A stretch of 63,399 bases of DNA, counting the filler, from Octopus bimaculoides (lineage: Eukaryota): the NCBI RefSeq assembly GCF_001194135.2. It is 9 parts of 9 records of this genome, joined end to end, with 100 filler letters (N's around TTAATTAATTAA, not from the genome) between each part and the next. Parts side by side here need not be neighbours in the genome. Positions count along the whole stretch, not along the records: positions 52,243 to 55,647 come from NC_068991.1; positions 55,748 to 57,359 come from NC_068985.1; positions 57,460 to 61,183 come from NC_068988.1; positions 61,284 to 63,399 come from NW_026398182.1; 5 more parts are not named here. The stretch is one strand, 5' to 3'. Positions within the stretch are counted from its first letter, which is position 1. Each line of letters begins with the position of its first letter. Positions 53,315 to 63,399 of this stretch are shown piece by piece. The notes below the pieces were generated by a model. That model worked only from the letters and a program-made list of their open reading frames with translations. It was not told the origin of the DNA and searched no databases. Made by a program: the position numbers and the translations under genes.

Positions 53315-55747
53315 TATATTTTGAGGTGGATATATTCATGAATCTTCAATTGAATATAAATGGGATTATAAGAGTAATTTCCATTCCAGTGATATATTAA
53401 TTTCTAAAACAATTTTTTTTCTTTTTCTTCAAAACTTTCACAAAGTTTGTGTGTCTATGTTTCTAAAGTCATTCTTAAGTTGTTTGTCTCAACAGTTGAC
53501 AGAATTTAAAAGTAATTTGTTTTATTTACATATAAATTGTATATTTCTACATTACAAATAATTGTTTTAAACAAGTGTCAGAATATAAGATAACAATATG
53601 ACAGATTGATCAGATATGTTATAAACTAAACAATGAAAATATGGGATTATAATGTCAATTCAGTTTTATTACTTATTTATAACAAAGTGTTAACAATGAA
53701 AATGTGAGCTTGGTTCCCATCTGGGACTCACTTGTAAGCATTATATTTCTAATGATATTCTAGAAAACATGGAACAAATTGGTGATAAAATTCTGTTGAC
53801 TTTTTTTTTTTTACTTCCTCCTCAATATATTTAATTTTGAGTAAAAATTGTTGTGACTAGTCTCCAAATAAACACCTAATTTTGATTTAAAATGTCAAAT
53901 GTTGGGATTACATTTTCTCAATTTTTTTTTACTCTTAAAAAAACTTAAATGCCCAGGAAAATCAATATTAAGTTCAATAGATTCAGCATTTTATCCTATA
54001 TCTTGTTCCATTGACCATCAAGTGATCCAAATGCCAGCCTTATTTTTTAAATTATTACCTTTATCATATAACTAGTCTTACATAATTTTTTTAAAAACTG
54101 TATTTAATAGATATTTCTTTATTAGAAAAAACTGGCTTTAGTAGTAAAAACATAGGAATAAAAATGGTTTTGAGGAATTATTTTTATCATAAGAGTTTAA
54201 TCAAGTTAAAGTCAATGTTTTTGTTTTAATGTAACCATGTTGGAGAGGATCCCTGTTTGCTCTTCAAGTGTAAAAAAGGTGTTTTAACAATTATTATTTT
54301 GAATGAAATAATTGTGCACCCTGTAAAATATTTGTGTGTTTGTATATATACATATATGTCTATGTGAAAACCATAAGTAAAATCTATGGGATGTTTAAGT
54401 ATATGATTCATATATCTAGTCTGCAATAATACTTTTTTTATAATGTATTTCTTCAAAATTCTAAACTAAAAAAAGGAAAACTGTCTTCTAACTTCATGTA
54501 CAGATTGTCCAATAAGGATATCAGATTACAAAAAATCTGGACAATTTATGATAGCCTACTTTTAAAATATGTTTAAGATAAAATGAACTCTTATTTTAAA
54601 TTTGATACAATAGTAATCAAAGATCATTCACTCAGATTTTTATATTAAAAAAATTTCAAAAAGAAATGAATAATTCCTGTCACGTTTTTCTTGTATATTT
54701 AATAAGAGTTTTCATTTATAAATTTTTAAACTAATAGCTTTTTTCCCCCCTTAAATTTAATATCTTATCATTTCTCATGTTTTAATGTTTAATTTTATTT
54801 TTTCATATTCATGAAGTACTTTACCATTTCATTTTTCTCCCTACAAAAAAATACTATAGATACTTTCTCTCAGATGTTTTGCAACTGATTCTAAGATTAG
54901 TCCAGTAACCCCAGTTCCAGATAATAGATTCCTTAGAATCTTTTGTCACTGTTTCGCTCCAACTTGAAAAATAAACTTTCTATTCTTGATGGAATTCAAT
55001 ATCATCTACATTTCTACATCAATTTCTACATCACATTTATTTTTCTATTGAGGCTCAAATATAATGATAGCAGACGATCTATTTATATACTTTTAATAAT
55101 AACAATAACAACAATAATAATAATACAATCATTTTAAACTGCTGTAAAACTTTGGTTTATTTTTCTAATCCTGTACATTTCAAAAATGGTACACTGAAAC
55201 TGGAATAATCTAGTTCCCTACTTTCTTTTTTCATTTTGCTTTCTTTCTGTATCCTGTGTATATTTATACCTGATTTAAATATGCAAATGTATTCTGTGAC
55301 CTTAATTAGTTTAATTAATGATTCCAAAATCTATCCCTCCACCCATCCCATATCTCATTGACATATTTCCTTCAGTCATTCAGCAGTTTTTTCCTCTTTT
55401 TTTTTTTTTTTGTTTCAATGGTTTTGATGAAACCCTGGAATATTTCTTGTGATAATTTATTTCAGTCGATATTTAACAAAGTATTGGTGCTAGTTTATTT
55501 TTTAAAACATTGAAGCATTGTCTGTAAAATGTCTTCTGCCAAAGAATCTTTGGAGTTCTTGGTTTTACTATTTCATTGTGGAATAAAATGATTTTCCTTT
55601 GAATTGTTGTTTTCATAAAATGTCTACTAATTATAACAGAACTCTGCNNNNNNNNNNNNNNNNNNNNNNNNNNNNNNNNNNNNNNNNNNNNTTAATTAAT
55701 TAANNNNNNNNNNNNNNNNNNNNNNNNNNNNNNNNNNNNNNNNNNNN

Positions 55748-55794
<47 letters not shown>

Positions 55795-55805
<11 letters not shown>

Positions 55806-56445
55806 ATAGACTTAGTCATACATCGTTGGTCAAGTGGACAGGATCCTGAGTCGCGACACTTGCAACTGGATTCAGGCTCTTGGTATTGACCACGTATAAT
55901 GATACTCTTCATGCTGGGGCAGTTGCTTAATAATTTCACAGAACGCCTATTAGATATTTTTCCTGTATTTGTGTGTTGCTGGAAAGTGCTTGTTTAGCAG
56001 AGTCAAGAATTTTTTTACCAATGTTGGTTTTTATACTGCGGGAAAAGGGAGGGGCGAACCAAATAACTTTCCTTGGCATAGGTCTCTTATCATCCTGGTT
56101 GATACTAGAGTGGTTGATGCCAGTAGATCGATTATTAATATTTCGATTATTATTAGAGCGATTATATTAATTTACCTCGAAAATTTATTTGGAACAAGAG
56201 AGGTTAGACAATCTGTTACCAATATTAGCTCTCAGGTTTTTTAAATATTACAGGGGGTGACAAGACTGTTTATGTATTTATGCGAGTTCCTCATTAAGCT
56301 TGTGGAAAGGTTTATACGAGGAGAAGCTCCAATCTAGGGAAACATCTAAATAATTATCTATAGAGAGATTAGTAGCTACTGTAATCTTAGGTCCTAATTT
56401 ATTAAAAATCGAAATTAGTTGCTTCTTAAATCTATCAGAGGTGTA
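55795..56445 (-). mobile_element. Penelope-like element fragment (RT thumb to GIY-YIG start)
   Basis: KITVATNLSIDNYLDVSLD...YKPFHKLN followed by SSCKCRDSGSCPLDQRCMTKSII. These match the TN...NFLDV.LD...YKP and CxC...CPL.. motifs of PLE ORFs. Confidence 0.8.
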
Positions 56446-56620
56446 CAATGCTCGAAATGAGGAATAGGCAACCGACAACTGATGAAGGGTCGTTCTTTAT
56501 GTTACTTGCCCTGTTTTCCATTTGTTTCTCTCGTTGTTTGCGTATTCAACTTATTTGTTTTCGTATTTCATGTTGTTTACTGTTTGTGACATCCTGTACC
56601 CATATATGCATGTATATATG
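56446..56620 (+). mobile_element. Terminal module in inverted orientation, abutting the PLE fragment
   Basis: Homologous to 28206-28380. Begins at the point where minus-strand PLE coding similarity ends (TGTACA at 56442-47). Confidence 0.55.
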
Positions 56621-56637
56621 TGTGTGTATGCATTATA

Positions 56638-56680
<43 letters not shown>

Positions 56681-56719
56681 TATAGTATGTATGTATGCAT
56701 GTATGTTTGCATCTGTGTG

Positions 56720-56920
56720 TTTTTGTTTCTCCCCCCACCATTGCCTAACAACCAATGTTGGAGTGTCTACGTCCCCGTAACTTAGCGATTCGACAAAAGT
56801 AGCAGACAGAATAAGTACTAGACTTTCAATTGAATAAGTCCTGGGATCGATTTGTTCTATTAAAGGCGGTGCTCCAGCATGGCCGCAGTAAAATGACTGA
56901 AACAAGTAAAAGAATAAAAG
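56720..56920 (+). mobile_element. 3' half of a family A SINE
   Basis: ACGTCCCCGTAACTTAGCG...AAGGCGGTGCTCCAGCATGGCCGCAGT...AAGTAAAAGAATAAAAGA. Confidence 0.8.
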
Positions 56921-57183
56921 AATATGTATCTATGTGTGTAATATTTGCTTAGATGTAGGGAGGGGGTGCGAAAATTGTATCGGGTATTAAAAAGAACAAA
57001 GAGATGAAAGGAAACTCGGTTCGCAGGAAATTTTATTTGTTTAGTTAAAAGCGAGAAGACAAAATAATATATCAATAGGAAAAAAACTAAAAAAACTTAA
57101 CATAAATATATATACACACAAACATATATATATATATATATGCATACATATATATATATATATATGTGCGTGTGTGTGTGTAT

Positions 57184-57234
<51 letters not shown>

Positions 57235-57311
57235 TATACATGTGCATATATATGTATATATATATATGTATGTGTGTGTGTGTGTGTAAATATATATACA
57301 TATATATATGC

Positions 57312-57342
<31 letters not shown>

Positions 57343-57694
57343 AATATATATATATATATNNNNNNNNNNNNNNNNNNNNNNNNNNNNNNNNNNNNNNNNN
57401 NNNTTAATTAATTAANNNNNNNNNNNNNNNNNNNNNNNNNNNNNNNNNNNNNNNNNNNNTATATATATATATATATATATATCTATATATATATATATTG
57501 ATAGATAGAAATATAGATAGATACCCATAGATATTTTTATACATCCAGTATGTGTGTATGTGTGTGTGCGTGTGTGTTCGTGTGTGTGTGTGTGTGTATA
57601 CAAGATAAATATACAACCATGTATGTGTGGCTTGCTTTGTCGTGCTTGTGTGTTCATTTGTGCCCGTTTGTTTGTGTATGCGCGTTTATGTGTC

Positions 57695-57725
<31 letters not shown>

Positions 57726-57743
57726 GAACACGAACACACACCT

Positions 57744-57780
<37 letters not shown>

Positions 57781-58269
57781 CGTTCCTTCTCCGTATATAT
57801 GATATATTGTTTCAGTGGAGTGAACGACTGTGATTATTTATTTATAAATTGGCCGATGATAGAAGAATGGATAGAAAATGTCTGCAAAAAGAGAAAAAGA
57901 AAAAAAGAAAAAATCTGTTGTGTTTTATTTTTTTCCATTTTCACTTCTTAGTCCAATTAACCGAAATGATAGGAAACGAAACAAATACTTCCCTCATAAA
58001 CACACGCACACACATTTACATATATATGTCTATATATAGTCATGTTATATTCCATTAAGAACGTAGTAGAATACAGCATAAAGCTCGCTTGCCTTCAGAT
58101 TTCACCCTGTGCTATCCAGTAGCAGTATTTACGTACTTCCGGGTTTGCGTTTGGGCGTCTGTCGTCTGTGAATATATAATTGTCCAACCGTACCCCATAA
58201 GTCATCCCATAAATAATAAGTTTTCAATTCCATGCATGAAAAGTCGGAGGGGACAGGACAAACTACCTG

Positions 58270-58858
58270 CATCAACTTGTTATAAAAGCAGGTAGTAATT
58301 TTGCCTTGTCCTTATTCTTAGTGCAAGTTTTGAAGAGTGCAGTTCGAGTTTAACAGTTATTTTTTCAAAGCTATAATGGAAGTGACAAAGGAGCATATTC
58401 AGCATATTTTTCTTTATGAGTTCAATAAAGGCAACAACGCAACGGAAAATGCGAGGAATATTAATGCAGTATATGGAGATCGGACAATAAGTGTAAGCCA
58501 GTGTCAGCAGTAGTTTCAGAAATTCCGAGCCGGAAACTACAGCCTAGAAGACGAGCCTCGTCCAGGAAGATCTGAGAACTCGACGAGGACGTCCTACAAA
58601 CCCTGGTGGAACAAAATCTCATTCTAACTGTTGAGGAACTAGCAGAGAAGCTTGGATTTGGTCATTAAACCAGTCATTCAAGTCAGCGCTAGAAGAAAAA
58701 CGACCATTTTTGATTTCAAGACGAAAGGTGTTCTTCCATCAGGATAATGCTTGGCCACATACAGCGAGGATGACATTTCAAATGCTGGAGTAGTTTGAAT
58801 GGGAAACGCTGCCCCATCCACCATATTCGCCAGACATTAGCCCATCTGATTATCTTTT
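58270..58858 (+). pseudogene. Internally deleted mariner transposase relic, cut by an N gap
   Basis: ATG at 58376, MEVTKEHIQHIFLYEFNKGNNATENARNINAVYG...SLEDEPRPGR, then a jump to FHQDNAWPHTA...LPHPPYSPDISPSDY. Confidence 0.85.
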
Positions 58859-59161
58859 NNNNNNNNNNNNNNNNNNNNNNNNNNNNNNNNNNNNNNNNNN
58901 NNNNNNNNNNNNNNNNNNNNNNNNNNNNNNNNNNNNNNNNNNNNNNNNNNNNNNNNNNNNNNNNNNNNNNNNNNNNNNNNNNNNNNNNNNNNNNNNNNNN
59001 NNNNNNNNNNNNNNNNNNNNNNNNNNNNNNNNNNNNNNNNNNNNNNNNNNNNNNNNNNNNNNNNNNNNNNNNNNNNNNNNNNNNNNNNNNNNNNNNNNNN
59101 NNNNNNNNNNNNNNNNNNNNNNNNNNNNNNNNNNNNNNNNNNNNNNNNNNNNNNNNNNNNN

Positions 59162-59195
<34 letters not shown>

Positions 59196-60379
59196 ACGTG
59201 TGTGTGTGTGTTAATGTATTTCTCTGTTTGTCAGTCTGTTAATGTATGTATGTATGTATTGGTTATCTGTTTATGAAGGCATAAACCTGCAACTATGTTC
59301 AGCGTACAAATCTACACGTAAATCTAAAATCGTGTTCACAACACTTAACATTCTCTCTCGGTGTTTGTAATACTGAAAACTGCTTGATACGGATTAGATA
59401 AACTTCTTGGTAACAATTCCCTTCCACTGGAAAAATCAAAAAAGAGAAAGAGTTACCAGAGAAAAAAAGAACAAAAAAAAAAAACTAAAGGAAAATCTAC
59501 ATCAAACACATTTTATCTTTATTGAAATAAACAAGCGTGATTCGAAACACTGAATTTTCTTTTAACACGTTGCATCCTGATACAGAAAACTACATGGCCG
59601 GGATGGCAAAATACTTGTAAGCAATTCCATTTCACAGGAAAAAACCCCGCAAAAAAGAGAAGACACCAGAAAAAAAATTTGCTTTACAAATATGTAGTTT
59701 TTGTAGAAGTAACAAGCATGATAAGAAACAATTTCCTTTTATTATAATGAATTATCGTACGCAGTTGATATTACTAAACACTTTGAAACTAATTCGTTTT
59801 TACTGAGAAAGATAAAGAAATAACGGGAAAGGATGCTTGGTAAACAGTCTGCAATTGCAAACGTTTTTTACTCGAAGAAACGATTAAAGTAACACTGGGC
59901 AGTGACTCGAAAAGACAAAGGAGGAATTTGGTTTACAACCGAATCGATTTATGATTCAAATAGGTGTAACAAGTAGATAATTTCCGGATGTATTGAAATG
60001 AATTGATCAAACACAGTCTATACTTTTTACAGGTTTTATTCAGTTGTTACGTAATTTCACAACTTCGATGAACAGGCAAAAAGAATAAAAAGAACCAAAA
60101 GTTCGTATTGGGAATGATAGATTGCTTATATCAAAAATTCTTTGTCCATTCCTTATAGTAGTCTACCGCTAAATGTGTGGAAAGAGGAAGGAAAAGTGTT
60201 CAAGACTCGCCGAAAGAATTTCGTAAGTGCTTGCGCGCGCCACTGTCTGTATATTAAAATTAAGTTTCTACGAGAGTAGCATCTACCTGCTAGAAGGAAA
60301 TTGATTAAAGGTGACAAAAGCAATCTGCCGGAATGTTATAGAAAGAACTGCTGTCTTTTTTTCTTTTTTTTTTTTACAG

Positions 60380-60489
60380 GTATCATGAATATATACCTTT
60401 GTTAAAGCTGAACTGTTGCTGAAATTAATGTTTAACGGGATTATCTAGATTCACTTCAGCTTCGCCTAAGATAATGGCTAATTTCACTG
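60380..60489 (+). other. Candidate spliced exon, 5' UTR plus start MANFT(G)
   Basis: Long polypyrimidine tract + ACAG (ends 60379), donor G|GTAAAG (60490), ATG at 60474 in ATAATGG context open to the donor. Frames from the acceptor contain stops. Confidence 0.3.
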
Positions 60490-60502
60490 GTAAAGCACAT
60501 AA

Positions 60503-60939
60503 ATATTATTTTATACTCTAAGCACAAGGCCCGAAATTTTGAGGGAGGGGGAAGCCAGTCGATTAGATCGACACCATTACGCAACTGGTACTTAATTTAT
60601 CGACCCTGAAAGGATGACAGGCAAAGTCGACTTCGGCGGAATTTGAACTCAGAACATAAAGACAGACGAAATACCGCTAAGCATTTCGCCTGGAGAGCTA
60701 ACGTTTCTTATTTCTTTATTGCCCACAAAGGGGCTACACACAGAGAGAACAAACAAGGACAGACAAAAGGGTTAAGTCGATTTTTTCGACCCTAGTGCGT
60801 AACTGGTACTTATTTAATCGACCCGAAACGATGAAAGGCAAAGTCGACCTCGGCGGAATTTGAACTCAGAACGTAGCGGCGGACGAAATCTAATAAGCAT
60901 TTCGCCCGGCGTGCTAACGTTTCTGCCAGCTCGCCGCCT
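60503..60939 (-). mobile_element. Dimeric family C (Nin-like) SINE with a 12-bp TSD
   Basis: Two tandem units joined by a linker of about 70 bp, flanked by TAAAGCACATAA at 60491-60502 and 60940-60951. Confidence 0.8.
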
Positions 60940-61144
60940 TAAAGCACATAATTATTAAGCACACAATTAACTAACAATGGAAACGAAAATGAAGACTTAG
61001 GTTTTGATCTCTGGTCTCTCCGTCACAACTTTCAATCAATCTACATATTCTTGTACTCGTTCCTATCCTTAGGGACTCTCAAACCAGTCAGTTTTTGTTC
61101 ACTCAGCATTCCGAGTTACATTTGAATCACTTTGAGCAGAGGCA

Positions 61145-61183
<39 letters not shown>

Positions 61184-62418
61184 NNNNNNNNNNNNNNNNN
61201 NNNNNNNNNNNNNNNNNNNNNNNNNNNTTAATTAATTAANNNNNNNNNNNNNNNNNNNNNNNNNNNNNNNNNNNNNNNNNNNNCACCCCTCAGACACACA
61301 TACATATGCACACACATATACATATACACATACATACATTCAGGTGGGAAACGCATTTTAAGTCGTTATAAAGCTTCTTGTTGTTGTTGTTTTAAATGTT
61401 TGTTTTTTTTTCAATCAAATTTTAGTCACTACACGCAAAAAACTGGAACGGGATAATATAATACATTTAAATTATTTTCAGATGGTTATATTAATTCATT
61501 AGTCGTCTCAGAATAAATTATGGTCGCCAGAATACAAATGTTGATGTTATGCATGTATATATGTGTGTGTGTGTGTTTTGCTGTATTTGTGTGTGTTTGC
61601 ATAAGCATGTGTGCATATTACTTAACGTGTGTACACACACACACACATGTATATATTCTAATCTAAACGAAAATGTTTATAATGGAATCGACGATTCGAT
61701 CTCCCCCATCCGTCTCTTTATATGTGTGTGTGTGTAAGTGAGAGAGGGAGAGAATGTTTTCGTGTGTGATTGTATATAGATTTATATGAGATTATTAGTA
61801 TACACACACACATACATGCATACATACATACATATATACATACACTGTCACCGTGTGAATTCTGTATTTACGTACCTTTACGCCAAAAATTTAATTTAGC
61901 CATTTCCTAAATAGAGATCGATAAAATATGTTCCAGACGAAGTAGTGAAATCGATACAACCGACTAAAAGCCTTGATGTTGATGTCGGAGCATGATTTCA
62001 GTCCCTGAGGCTGGAATCACTCAAAGAATATGTTGTCACACAATTTCTGTTCGGTCTGAGGGATAATATATTCAAGGGAAGTAACTTGTATAAAAATATT
62101 TACGTACTTATGTCCCTTGATGTAATTTTTTTTTTGTATGAATGAATGAATATTTCTATTTAGGTGACTCAGTGGTGGTATGTGGGTGGTGGTGATGTTG
62201 GTGCCAGTTTTGCTGGTTGTAGTGATGATGGTGATGAAAGACGGGGGTAGTGGTGGTGGCACCGGTTTTGCTGGCAGTGGTGGTGCTTCTGATGGTGGGA
62301 GTGGTGATGACAGTGGTGAATTGGGGATAAAAGGATAATTCACATCCCATCAGAAGATATGAGGAAACAAAGTCGAATTGTGTGAATTTTCTCCATTTTT
62401 TTCTTTCGTCTTTCACAT

Positions 62419-62501
62419 GTTCATGTCCATAATATATATATATTATATAAGTTCATGTCCATAATATATATATATATATATTATGGACATGAACTTATAT
62501 A
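62419..62501. repeat. Palindrome centred on (TA)n, with an extra direct copy of the left arm
   Basis: TATATAAGTTCATGTCCATAAT-(AT)n-ATTATGGACATGAACTTATATA at 62444-62501; GTTCATGTCCATAAT also at 62419. Confidence 0.8.
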
Positions 62502-62523
62502 TATATATATATATATATATATA

Positions 62524-62922
62524 GGCGCAGGAGTGGCTGTGTGGTAAGTAGCTTGCTTACGAACCACATGGTTCCGGCTTCAGTCACACTGCGTGGCACC
62601 TTGGGCAAGTGTCTTCTACTATAGCCTCAGGCCTACCAAAGCCTTGTGAGTGGATTTGGTAGACGGAAACTGAAAGAAGCTCGTCGTATATATGTATATA
62701 TATGTATGTGTGTGTATATGTTTGTGTGTCTGTGTTTGTCCCCCAACATCGCTTGACAACCGATGCTGGTGTGTTTACGTCCCCGTAATTTAGTGGTTCG
62801 GCAAAAGAGACCGATAGAATAAGTACTAGGCTTCCAAAGAATAAGTCCTGGGGTCGATTTGCTCGACTAAAGGTGGTGTTCCAGCATGGCCACAGTCAAA
62901 TGACTGAAACAAGTAAAAGAGT
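62524..62922 (+). mobile_element. Full-length, young-looking family A tRNA-derived SINE
   Basis: GGCGCAGGAGTGGCTGTGTGGT head, GGCTTCAGTCAC B-box-like motif, CCTTGGGCAAGTG core, internal microsatellite, AAGTAAAAGAGTA tail. Confidence 0.88.
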
Positions 62923-63399
62923 ATATATATATATATATATATATTGTTGTATTTGGGGATGGTCATGTTGCCAGTTTAGCCAAGAATCTTGCAAAACAAA
63001 TATATAAACGGAATATATATATATTGGTGTACACTTTAACATTAAGTTGCATCCAGTGGCAAGGTTCCAGTGTGGGAGTTCTGGAGTTAGTGGGAGCATA
63101 CATCCACTCCTGAAATTTTACTCCTATTACTCCTAGGTCAGTTCTGATCTGGAATGACAGAGAGATTTTGGTAAGGATAGATTGAGTTCCTTAGCTGTAG
63201 TGAAAGCAATCAATGTATGAGAAGGAAAACTACAAAATTAATTCCCTATTTCAATATTCCCCAAAGTCAGCATAGAAAAATATGGCTAATGAATCTGATA
63301 TGAGGTATATTTAATGACATATTTTTCACTATGGAGGCAACTATATCATGTTAGGGCGCGTTTGGGTGCAGGCAGAGGTAGTAAGAAATGATATATATA

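Noticed and set aside
54870-54965. Minus-strand open stretch WSETVTKDSKESIIWNWGYWTNLRISCKTSER after an AG
   Set aside because: Weak donor, no recognisable family similarity, and it lies in the putative UTR-like tract.

Overview
This is AT-rich, microsatellite-dense eukaryotic genomic DNA. The SINE/LINE repertoire and repeat style point to a cephalopod, probably Octopus (inference). The window is a mosaic of nine assembly pieces joined by eight artificial 100-bp spacers (44 N + TTAATTAATTAA + 44 N), plus many ordinary N gaps next to microsatellites. The only well-supported host coding sequence is two in-phase + strand exons (6040-6169, 9156-9243) encoding a myotubularin-related MTMR10/11/12-type segment; its other exons were not found with confidence. 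The rest is mostly decayed mobile DNA: RTE, HERO, R4/Dong and Penelope-like retroelements, a possible CR1-like relic, two mariner relics, a hAT MITE with intact TIRs and TSD, Helitron termini and several tRNA-derived SINE families. None of the long ORFs in the supplied track is a real intact gene; they are repeat or gap artefacts or TE fragments. The most interesting signal is a set of hammerhead ribozyme motifs: a fully foldable type I hammerhead at 29436-29525, a minimal one inside a tRNA-headed SINE-like element at about 35146-35430, and a degenerate minimal one at 43791-43826. They occur alongside Penelope-like RT/GIY-YIG fragments that have inverted terminal modules, suggesting a Penelope-mobilised retrozyme/SINE system. 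No prokaryotic-type operon, CRISPR array, rRNA or genuine tRNA was seen.
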